Below are positions 22,601-33,381 of a DNA stretch of 64,000 nt, in pieces. This DNA comes from Squalus acanthias (Eukaryota): positions 97,404,001-97,468,000 of the forward strand of contig CM059431.1 in assembly GCA_030390025.1 (NCBI GenBank), written 5' to 3'. Made by a program: the position numbers and the translations under genes. The notes beneath the pieces were generated by a model. That model saw nothing but the letters and a program-made list of their open reading frames with translations, made no database searches and was not told the origin of the DNA. Position 1 is the first letter of the stretch; each line of letters starts with the position of its first letter.

Positions 22601-25600
22601 TAAGGTGCTGTCTCTATATTTAAGGAGATGTCTCTCTATATTTAAGTTGCTGTTTCTCTATATTTAAGGTGCTGTTTCTCTATATTTAAGGTGCAGTCTC
22701 TCTATATTTAAGTTGCTGTTTCTCTATATTTAAGGAGTTGTTTCTCTATATTTAAGTTGCAGTCTCTCTATATTTAAGTTGCTGTCTCTCTATATTTAAG
22801 TTGTTGTCTCACTATATTTAAGGAGATGTCTCTATATTTAAGGTGCTGTCTCTCTTTATTTAAGGTGCTGTCTCTCTATATTTAAGGAGATGTCTCTATA
22901 TTTAATGTGCTGTCTCTCTATATTTAAGGAGCTGTCTCTTTATATTTAAGGAGCTGTCACTCTATATTTAAGGTGCTGTCTCCCTATAGTTAAGGTGCTG
23001 TCTCTATATTTAAGGTGCTGTCTCTCTATATTTAAGGTGCTGTCTCTCTATATTTAAGGTGCTGCCTCTATATTTAAGGTGCTGTCTCTCTATATTTAAT
23101 TTGCTGAATCTCGATATTTAAGTTGCTGTCTCGCTATATTTAAGGAGATATCTCGATATTTAAGGTGCTATCTCACTATATTTAAGGAGATGTCTATTTA
23201 AGGTGCTGTCTCTCTATATTTAAGGTGCTGTCTCTATATTTAAGGAGATGTCTCTCTATTTAAGGTGCTGTCTCTCTATATTTAAGGTGCTGTCTCTCTA
23301 TATTTAAGGTGCTGTCTCTCTATATTTAAGGAGATGTCTCTATATTTAAGGTGCTGTCTCTCTATATTTAAGGTGCTGTCTCTCTGTATTTAAGGTGTTG
23401 TCTCTATATTTAAGTTGCTGTTTCTCTATATTTAAGTTGATGTCTCTATATTTAAGGTGTTGTCTCACTATATTTAAGGAGATGTCTCTCTATTTAAGCT
23501 GCTGTCTCTCTATATTTATGGTGCTGTCTCTATATTTAAGGAGATGTCTCTATATTTAAGGTGCTGTCTCTATATTTAAGGAGATGTCTCTATATTTAAG
23601 GTGCTGTCTCTATATTTAAGGTGCTGTCTCTCAATATTTAAGGTGCTGTCTCTATATTTAAGGAGATGTCTCTATATTTAAGGTGCTGTCTCTCTATATT
23701 TAAGGTGCTGTTTCTCTATATTTAAGTTGCTGTTTCTCTATATTTAAGTTGCTGTCTCTATATTTAAGGTGTTGTCTCACTATATTTAATGGGATGTCTC
23801 TATATTTAAGGAGCTGTCTCTCTATATTTAAGGAGATGTCTCTCTATATTTAAGTTGCTGTTTCTCTATATTTAAGGAGATGTCTCTATATTTAAGATGC
23901 TGTCTCTCTATATTTAAGGTGCTGTCTCTCTATATTTAAGGAAATGTCTCTATATTTAAGGTGCTGTCTCTCTATATTTAAGGTGCTGTCTCTCTATATT
24001 TAAGTTGCTGTTTCTCTATCTTTAAGTTGCTGTCTCTATATAAAGGTGTTGTCTCACTATATTTAAAGTGCTGTCTCTATATTTAAGTTGCTGTCTCTCA
24101 ATATTTAAAGTGCTGTCTCTATATTTAAGGTGCTGTCTCTATATTTAAGGTGTTATCTCTCGATATTTAAGGTGCTGTCTCTCAATATTTAAGGTGTTAT
24201 CTCTCGATATTTAGGGTGCTGTCTCTCAATATTTAAGGTGCTGTTTCTCGATATTCAAGGTGCCGTCTCTCTATATTCAAGGTGCTGTCTCTCTATATTT
24301 AAGGTGCTGTCTCTATATTGAAGGAGATGTCTCTCTATATTTAAGGTGCTGTCTCTCTATATTTAAGTTGCTGTTTCTCTTATATTTAAGGTGTTGTCTC
24401 TCTATATTTAAGGTGCGGTCTCTATATTTAAGGAGATGTCTCTCCATATTTAAGGTGCTGTCTCTCTATATTTAAGTTGCTGTTTCTCTTATATTTAAGG
24501 AGATGTCTCTCAATATTTAAGGTGCTGTTTCTCGATATTTAAGGTGCTGTCTCTCTATATTCAAGGTGCTGTCTCTCTATATTTAAGGTGCTGTCTCTAT
24601 ATTTAAGGAGATGTCTCTCTATATTCAAGGTGCTGTCTCTCTATATTTAAGGTGCTGTCTCTATATTTAAGGAGATGTCTCTCTATATTTAAGTTGCTGT
24701 TTCTCTATATTTAAGTTGCTGTCTCTCTATATTTAAGGTGCTGTCTCTATATTTAAGGAGATGTCTCTCTATATTCAAGGTGCTGTCTCTCGAAATTTAA
24801 GGTGCTGTCTCTATATTTAAGGAGATGTCTCTCTATATTTAAGTTGCTGTTTCTCTATATTTAAGTTGCTGTTTCTCTATATTTAAGGAGATGTGTCACT
24901 ATATTTAAGGTGCAGTCTCTCTATTTTTAAGTAGCTGTTTCTCTATATTTAAGGAGATGTCTCTATATTTAAGGTGCTGTCTCTCTATATTTAAGGAGCT
25001 GCCTCTTTATATTTAAGGAGCTGTCTCTCTATATTTAAGGTGCAGTCTCTCTATATTTTAGGTGCTGTCTCTATATTTAAGTTGCTGTCTCTCAATATTT
25101 AAGGTGCTGTCTCTATATTTAAGGTGCTGTCTCTATATTTAAGGTGTTATCTCTCGATATTTAAGGTGCTGTCTCTCAATATTTAAGGTGCTGTTTCTCG
25201 ATATTTAAGGTGCTGTCTCTCTATATTCAAGGTGCTGTCTCTCTATATTTAAGGTGCTGTCTCTATATTTAAGGAGATGTCTCTCTGTATTTAAGGTGCT
25301 GTCTCTCTATATTTAAGTTGCTGTTTCTCTTATATTTAAGTTGCTGTCTCTCTATATTTAAGGAGATGTCTCTATTTTTAAGGTGCTGTCTCTCTATATT
25401 TCAGGAGCTGTCTCTCTATATTTAAAGTGCTGTCTCTATATTTAAGTTGCTGTCTCTCAATATTTAAGGTGCTGTCTCTCTATATTTAAGGTGCTGTCTC
25501 TCTATATTTAAGGTGTTGTCTCTCTAAACTTAAGGTGCTGTATCTCTATATTTAAGGTGCTGTCTCTCTTTATTTAAAGTGCTGTCTCTCTATATTTAAA

Positions 25601-28600
25601 GTGCTGTCTCTATATTTAAGTTGCTGTCTCTCTATATTTAAGGTGCTGTCTCTCTAAACTTAAGGTGCTGTATCTCTATATTAAAGGTGCTGTCTCTCTG
25701 TATTTAAGGTGCTGTCTCTCAATATTTAAGGTGCTGTTTCTCGATATTTAAGGTGCTGTCTCTCTATATTTAAGGTGCTGTCTCTCTATATTTAAGGTGC
25801 TGTCTCTCTGTATTTAAGGTGCTGTCTCTCAATATTTAAGGTGCTGTCTCTCTATATTTAAGGTGCTGTCTCTCAATATTTAAGGAGCTGTCTCTCTATA
25901 TTTAAGGTGCTGTCTCTCTATATTTAAGGTGCTGTCTCTCTATATTTAAGGAGCTGTCTCTCTATATTTAAGGTGCTGTCTCTCTATATTTAAGGTGCTG
26001 TCTCTCTGTATTTAAGGTGCTGTCTCTCAAAATTTAAGGTGCTGTTTCTCGATATTTAAGGTGCTGTCTCTCTGTATTTAAGGTGCTGTCTCTCTATATT
26101 TAAGGTGCTGTCTCTCTATATTTAAGGTGCTGTCTCTCTGTATTTAAGGTGCTGTCTCTCAATATTTAAGGTGCTGTTTCTCGATATTTAAGGTGCTGTC
26201 TCTCTATATTTAAGGTGCTGTCTCTGTATATTTAAGGTGCTGTCTCTCTATATTTAAGGTGCTGTCTCTCTATATTTAAGGTGCTGTCTCTCTATATTTA
26301 AGGTGTTGTCTCACTATATTTAAGGAGATGTCTCTCTATATTTAAGGGGCTGTCTCTCTATATTTAAGGTGTTGTCTCTATATGTAAGGTGCTGTCTCTC
26401 TATATTTAAGGTGTTGTCTCACTATATTTAAGGAGATGTCTCTCTATTTAAGGAGCTGTCTCTCTATATTTAAAGTGCTGTCTCTATATTTAAGGTGCTG
26501 TCTCTATATTTAAGGTGTTATCTCTCGATATTTAAGGTGCTGTCTCTCAATATTTAAGGTGTTATCTCTCGATATTTAAGGTGCTGTCTCTCAATATTTA
26601 AGGTGCTGTTTCTCGATATTTAAGGTGCTGTCTCTCTATATTCAAGGTGCTGTCTCTCTATATTTAAGGTGCTGTCTCTATATTTAAGGAGATGTCTCTC
26701 TATATTTAAGGTGCTGTCTCTCTATATTTAAGTTGCTGTTTCTCTTATATTTAAGGTGTTGTCTCTCTATATTTAAGGTGCGGTCTCTATATTTAAGGAG
26801 ATGTCTCTCTATATTTAAGGTGCTGTCTCTCTATATTTAAGTTGCTGTTTCTCTTATATTTAAGGAGATGTCTCTCTATATTTAAGGTGCTGTCTCACTA
26901 TATTTAAGGTGCTGTCTCTCTATATTTAAGGTGTTATCTCTCGATATTTAAGGTGCTGTCTCTCAATATTTAAGGTGCTGTTTCTCGATATTTAAGGTGC
27001 TGTCTCTCTATATTCAAGGTGCTGTCTCTCTATATTTAAGGTGCTGTCTCTATATTTAAGGAGATGTCTCTCTATATTCAAGGTGCTGTCTCTCTATATT
27101 TAAGGTGCTGTCTCTATATTTAAGGAGATGTCTCTCTATATTCAAGGTGTTGTTTCTCTATATTTAAGGTGCTGTCTCTCTATATTTAAGGTGCTGTCTC
27201 TCTATATTTAAGTTGCTGTTTCTCTATATTTAAGTTGCTGTCTCTCTATATTTAAGGTGCTGTCTCTATATTTAAGGAGATGTCTCTCTATATTTAAGGT
27301 GCAGTCTCTCTATATTTAAGTTGCTGTTTCTCTATATTTAAGGAGATGTGTCACTATATTTAAGGTGCAGTCTCTCTATTTTTAAGTAGCTGTTTCTCTA
27401 TATTTAAGGAGATGTCTCTATATTTAAGGTGCTGTCTCTCTATATTTAAGGAGCTGCCTCTTTATATTTAAGGAGCTGTCTCTCTATATTTAAGGTGCAG
27501 TCTCTCTGTATTTTAGGTGCTGTCTCTCTATATTTAAGATGCTGTCTCTATATTTTAGGTGCTGTCCCTCTATATTTAAGATGCTGTCTCTCTTTATTTA
27601 AGGTGCAGTCTCACTATATTTAAGGGGCTGTCTCTCAATATTTTGGGTGATGTCTCAATGTTTAAGGTGCTGTCTCTATATATTTAAGGTTCTTTCTCAC
27701 TATATTTAAGGTGCTGTCTCACTATATTTAAGGTGCTGTCTCACTATGTTAAAGGTGCTGTCTCTCTATATTTAAGGTGCAGTCTCTCGATATTTAATTT
27801 GCTATTTCTCGATATTTAAGGTGATGTCTCACTATATTTAAAGTGCTGTCTCTCTATATTTATGTGGATGTCTCTCTATTTAAGGTGCTGTCTCTCGATA
27901 TTTAATTTGCTATTTCTCGATATTTAAGGTGATGTCTCACTATATTTAAGGTGCTGTCTCTCTATATTTATGTGGATGTCTCTCTATTTAAGGAGCTGTC
28001 TCTCTATATTTATGTGGATGTCTCTCTATTTAAGGTGCTGTCTCTCGATATTTAAGGTGCTGTCTCACTATATTTAAGGAGATTCTCCATATTTAAGTTG
28101 CTGTTTCTCTATATTTAATTTGCTATTTCTCGATATTTAAGGTGCTGTCTCTCTATATTTAAGGTGCTGTCTCTCTATATTTAAGGTGCTGTCTCTCTAT
28201 ATTTAAGGTGCTGTCTCTCTATATTTAAGGTGCTGTCTCTCTATATTTAAGGTGCTGTCTCTCTATATTTAAGGTGCTGTCTCTCTATATTTAAGATGTT
28301 GTCTCTCTATATTTAAGGTGCTGTCTCTCTATATTTAAGGTGCTGTCTCTATATTTAAGATGTTGTCTCTCTATATTTAAGGTGCTGTCTCTCTATATTT
28401 AAGGAGATGTCTCTATATTTAAGGTGTTGTCTCTCTATATTTAAGGTGCTGTCTCTCTATATTTAAGATGTTGTCTCTCTGTATTTAAGGTGCTGTCTCT
28501 CTATATTTAAGGTGCTGTCTCTCTATATTTAAGATGTTGTCTCTCTATATTTAAGGTGCTGTCTCACTGTAATTAAGGAGATGTCTCTATATTTAAGGCG

Positions 28601-28967
28601 CATTCTCTCTGTATTTAAGGTGCTGTCTCTCTATATTTAAGGTGCAGTCTCTCTACATTTAAGGTGCAGTCTTTCTATATTTAAGGTGCATTCTCTCTAT
28701 ATTTAAGTTGCTGTCTCTATATATTTATGGTGCAGTCTCTCTATATTTAAGGTGCTGTCTCTCTATATTTATGGTGCTGTCTCTCTATATTTAAGGTGCA
28801 GTCTCTATATTTAAGGTGTTGTCTCACTATATTTAAGAAGATGTCTCTATATTTAAGGTGCTGTCTCTCTATATTTAAGTTGCTGTCTCTCTATATTTAA
28901 GGTGTTGTCTCACCATATTTAAGGAAATGTCTCGATATTTAACGTGCTGTCTCGCTATTTTTAAGGA
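19697..28967. repeat. 22-bp satellite, block 3, with kb-scale internal duplications
   Basis: Same unit. Rare variants recur in the same order about 2 kb apart. Confidence 0.97.
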
Positions 28968-29255
28968 GAAGTGTTGAGGCTGCCGCGAAACACGAATGGA
29001 GGCTGAATCCATATGTGGAAAACAAGAAACTTTTATTCACTGCATGGCACACAAAAATGGCTGAGAAAGCTGCTCCCAGAATTTTCTGGAAAAAACTCCC
29101 AGAATTCTCTGGGTAAAACCTGAGGCCCCGCCCCCTTCTGCCTTTAAGGTAATGTGCCATAAAGGGGAAAGTGCTGGAAATTTGTCCACAGACGGAAGAG
29201 TGGACTATGCCCGTTTTAGGTGGCGATCCGCCACACAGCTCCCCCCAGAATCCGC

Positions 29256-32057
29256 TTAGGAGGTGTGGACGAGACGTTGCGGCAGTCTGATGGGCCGGCC
29301 GGAGCGGCTCTTGTAGGACGCCGGTGGACGTGGAACGGCCGGGCGTGGAGCAGCCGGGTGAACCGGCTTTAGGGCAGGTCGGCCACGTGGAGGTGGACGA
29401 GCTACAGGGACCTGCTCCCCGGGCTCCGAGTGTGCTGGCTTGAGTCGGTCCACCGACACTTTTTCGGTCCTGTCGCCCACTTGCAGGGTGAAAAATTTGT
29501 CCCCAGCCTGTAGCACCTTGTAGGGCCCGTCATACGGGGGTTGAAGGGGTCCGCGGTGGGCGTCGTGCCAGACGAAAACAAACCATGCCTGGTGCAGGCT
29601 TAGTGGGACGTGTGAGGTGGATTCGCCGTGCCGGGCAATGGGCACCGGGGCGAACTGCAGCGCCGGTGAGGCGAAGTCGTGGCGTTGCTGGTCGGCTGAC
29701 CAAGGTGTCGTGGCGGTGGGCAGGAACTCGCCGGGTACGCGCAGCGGCTGACCGTACACGAGCTCTGCTGCCGATGCGTGGAGGTCTTCTTTAACCACGG
29801 TGCGCAGGCCGAGGAGGACCCACGGAAGTCGGTCGGTCCAGGCGCCGTCTTGGAGGCTGGCTCAAAGAGATGCCTTCAAGGATCTGTGGAACCGCTCACA
29901 CAGTCCGTTGGCTTGGGGGTGGTACGCTGTGGTGCGGTGAATGGTCACCCCGAGATTGCGTGCGACGGCGGTCCAGAGTTCAGAGGTAAATTGCGGACCT
30001 CTGTCCAACGTCATGTCGGAGGGGACGCCGAACCGTGCGACCCAGGTGCTGACGAAGGCTCTGGCGATGTCGGCGGTGGTGGTAGAGGTCAGTGGAATTG
30101 CCTCAGGCCAGCGTGTGGTGCGGTCAACGATGGTCAGCAAGTGCGTGTGGCATTGCAACGGCGGCAGGGGCCCGACGATGTCCACGTGGATGTGGTCGAA
30201 TCTCCGCGAGGGGACGGCAAACTCCTCGAGGGGTGCTTTCGTGTGTTGCTGTACCGTGGCCCGTTGGCAGGCTAGGTAGGAGTTGGCCCAAGTACGCACA
30301 TCCTTGCGAAGGCCGCGCCAGACAAAACGGTTGGCTACCAATTTGATGGATGCGCGGGCGCCGGGGTAGGAGAGGTTGTGGAGAATGTCGAATACCCGGC
30401 GGCGCCAGGAAGCTGGGACGACGGGCCGAGGTTGACATAGGGATATGTCGCACTTGACCGTGACTGCGGTCGGGCCACAGGCGACGTCGGTCAGGCGTAG
30501 CCCTGGTAGGTTGGTGGGTGCGGAGAGCAGATCAGGGTCGGTGATCTGGTCTGCTGCGAGTTGAGCGTAGTCGACTGCTAGGTGTGCGGCGTGGATGGCG
30601 GGGCGGGAGAGGCAGTCGGCTACCACATTGTCTCGGCCGGAGACGTGTTGGATGTCCATGGTGAACTCGGACACTGCCACGAGCTGGCGCTGCTGCCTGG
30701 CGGACCAGGGGTCGGTTGTCTTTGCCATTGCGAATGTCAGGGGCTTGTGGTCGACAAACGCAGTGAAGGGGTGGCCCTCAAGCAAAAACCGGAAATGGCG
30801 GACCGCCAGGAACAGCGCGAGGAACTCGCGGTCGAAGGTGCTGTACTTGACCTCCGGGGGGCGTAGTTGGCGGCTGAAGAAGGCAAGTGGTTGCCAGGCA
30901 CCGTCGACCCACTGCTCATACACGGCGCCGACCGCGTGGTCGGAGGCGTCCATGGTGAGCGCTACCCTGGCATTGGGCCGTGGGTGCGCGAGAAGGGTGG
31001 CATTGGCGAGCGCGGTCTTGGTGGAATCGAAGGCAGCGGACGCATCTGCCGTCCATTCGACCGCCATCTTGCCGCTCCTGCCCCGGAGGGCTTCATACAG
31101 GGGCCTCATGAGGGACGCCGCTTTGGGGATGAAGTGGTTATAGAAATTCACCATCCCGAGGAACTCCTGGAGGCCTTTGATGGTGGTGGGGTGGGGAAAT
31201 TGTTGGACGGCCTGCACCTTGGTGGGCAGGGGAATGGCCCCAGCATGTGTGATGTGGTGGCCGAGGAAGTCGATCTTGGAAAAGACTGAGCGGCCGGCCA
31301 GTCTAGCCGAGAAGTCCTGAATGTGCGGCACGGGGTACCGATCAGGGGTGGTGGCGTCATTGAGGCGGCGGTAATCCCCGCAGGGGCGCCAACCCCCGCC
31401 TGGTTTGGGGGCGATGTGGAGTGGGGAGGCCCAGGGACTGTTGGAGCGGCGGATGATGCCGAGCTGTTCCATGGTGGCAAACTCGGTCCGCACGATCTCC
31501 AGTTTGGCCGGGTCCAGCCTGCGGGCGTGGGCGTACACTGGGGGGCCTGTGGTGGGGATGAAGTGTTCCATCCCGTGTTTGGCGGCCTCCGCGGAGAAGG
31601 TCGGATTGGTAAGGGCCGGGAATTCGGGCAGGAGTGCCGAGTAGTCATCCGTGGCCCGGGCGTGGCACTGTGACGCCATGTCGGCAGGTTGACGGGGAGC
31701 CATGGCGCCCAGGATGGGGGACATGGTGTTCATGTCCACGAGGCGGTGACGAGGGATGTCTACCAGTAAGCCGTGGGCACACAGGAAATCTGCGCCGATG
31801 ATGGGGGAGAGCACCTTGGCAGTGATGAACTCCCATCGGTAGCGGTGACCAGCGAGGTCGAGGGTGACTGTCCGGGTGCCATACGTCCGGATTTCCGAGC
31901 CGTTAGCAGCAGCCAGCGCCGGTCCTCGTTCGCCCTTTTGGATGTCGAGGGAGGAGGCCGGGATGATGCTGTGCTGAGCCCCAGTGTCGCACAGGAACCG
32001 GCGGCCGGTTTTGTCATCCGTGACGAACGGCAGGGAGCCCGCGTGGCCCACGGCCAT
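29256..32057 (-). pseudogene. pol: Gypsy pol with RT core deleted and an in-frame stop at 29862-29864
   Basis: FLCDTGA protease. RT reads FSKID-FLGH with no YxDD. RNase H motifs DAS..DHKP..ADCLSR. Integrase motifs HVDIVGP, NGLCER, GPY. Confidence 0.9.
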
Positions 32058-32089
32058 CGCAGGGGCTGGAACGGGGGCGGACTTGAAAG

Positions 32090-32751
32090 AGCAAGGAGGT
32101 GTGCACCGTTGTGCCCTGGCGCCGAACCGTGCGTGGTAGTAACAGTGGCCCGGGTTAGTGGGGCGTGAAGGCCCCGTGGGCCTGATGACAGGCCCTTGTG
32201 GCCGCGGGCTGGATAGTGAGGGGCGCGCCCAGGCATTGGCTGCCAGGTCCGGAGTGACGTCGCGGCTGGAGTGAGCGGACAGCAGCTACGGCCTCATCGG
32301 CCAGGGCTTCCAGGTTCGTGAGGCCGGACGCCACGATCGCTGGGCGGATGATGAGAGGGAGCTGGCGGATGAACAGCGTGCGGAAGAGGGATCCGGGTGG
32401 GCTCTCGTCGGTGAGGGAGAGCATGTGGGAGAGGAGGTCTGACGGTGAGGCATCACCGAGGCCTGGAAGGTCGAGGAGGTGGCAGTTTCGCTGATATGCC
32501 GAGGCCGTAAATTTTTTAAGGAGCGCTGTTCTGAGATGTGCGTACTTCCCTTCCTCTGGTGGGTTCTGCAGCGTTGTCCAAACCTTGGAAACTGCGACGC
32601 TACTGAGTGATGTGACGAGATAGTCGTACTTCGTCCCATCTGTGGTGATATTTCGCAGCCGGAAGCGAGATTCAGCTTGGAGAAACCAGGCTTCGGGCTG
32701 GTTTTCCCAAAACTCCGGCAGTTTCACGGAAACTGCGTTCGTGTCCACCAT
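32090..32751 (-). pseudogene. gag: Gypsy gag (frameshifted near the C-terminus)
   Basis: VKLPEFW..PEAWFLQAE N-terminus. CYYHARFGARAQRCTPPC lies in another frame at ~32090-32145. Confidence 0.85.
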
Positions 32752-32776
32752 TGCAGTGCTCAGAATAGGTTCTGAG

Positions 32777-32790
32777 CGTCGGGGTCACCA
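32777..32790 (-). promoter_or_regulatory. Primer binding site, tRNA-Trp
   Basis: TGGTGACCCCGACG, 1 nt from the LTR. Confidence 0.85.
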
Positions 32791-32997
32791 ATGTTGAGGC
32801 TGCCGCAAAACACGAATGGAGGCTGAATCCATATGTGGAAAACAAGAAGCTTTTATTCACTGCATGGCAAAACAAAATGTCTGAGAAAACTGCTCCCAGA
32901 ATTCTCTGGGTAAAACCTGCCTTAAAGGGAAGGGGCTGGAAATTTGTCCACAGACGGAAGAGTGGATTATGCCCGTTTTAGGTGGCGATCCGCCACA

Positions 32998-33067
32998 GTG
33001 TTGTCTGTCTATATTTAAGGAGTTGTCTCTCTATATTTAAGGTGTTGTCTCTCTATAGTTAAGGTAT
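32998..33067. repeat. Last ~3 satellite units
   Basis: Same 22-bp unit. Confidence 0.9.
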
Positions 33068-33381
33068 TATAAACCTAAACTTATCATCCTAAAATTACTG
33101 TACAGCGCCGCCCGTTCCAGGGCGGCCTAGCTAAATCCTGAAAAGGCTGCCGCGAGCTGTTCCCCGTGGCGGGGCGGCACTTACCCTTGTCTTTGATCCT
33201 CCGCAGCCTGTCGCTGCCGATCGGGAATCGGGACCTCCCTGGGCTACCTTGGACTTATACCTGGGGATGTACGGGGAATCTGGCCACAACTTCCTGGGCT
33301 GGGGTGTCCGATCCGATCTTCGAGGGGGCATCTTGGGCAAGGCCTCCAGGGCCGACGGACCGGGGACCGGGACTTCCACCG

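Larger units (their letters stand above)
28972..32997 (-). mobile_element. Ty3/Gypsy LTR retrotransposon, CsRN1/Kabuki/Boudicca-like clade, non-autonomous
   Basis: LTRs at 28972-29235 and 32792-32997 (TGT...ACA), tRNA-Trp PBS, PPT at ~29238-29247, CHCC Gag motif, and PR-RT-RH-IN order. Confidence 0.92.

Noticed and set aside
18645..24475. Short ORFs such as 18645-18851 and 24260-24475
   Set aside because: They are translations of satellite units or the satellite/Penelope junction.
2719..33067. CRISPR-like array
   Set aside because: Units are head-to-tail with no unique spacers, there are no cas genes, and the context is eukaryotic.
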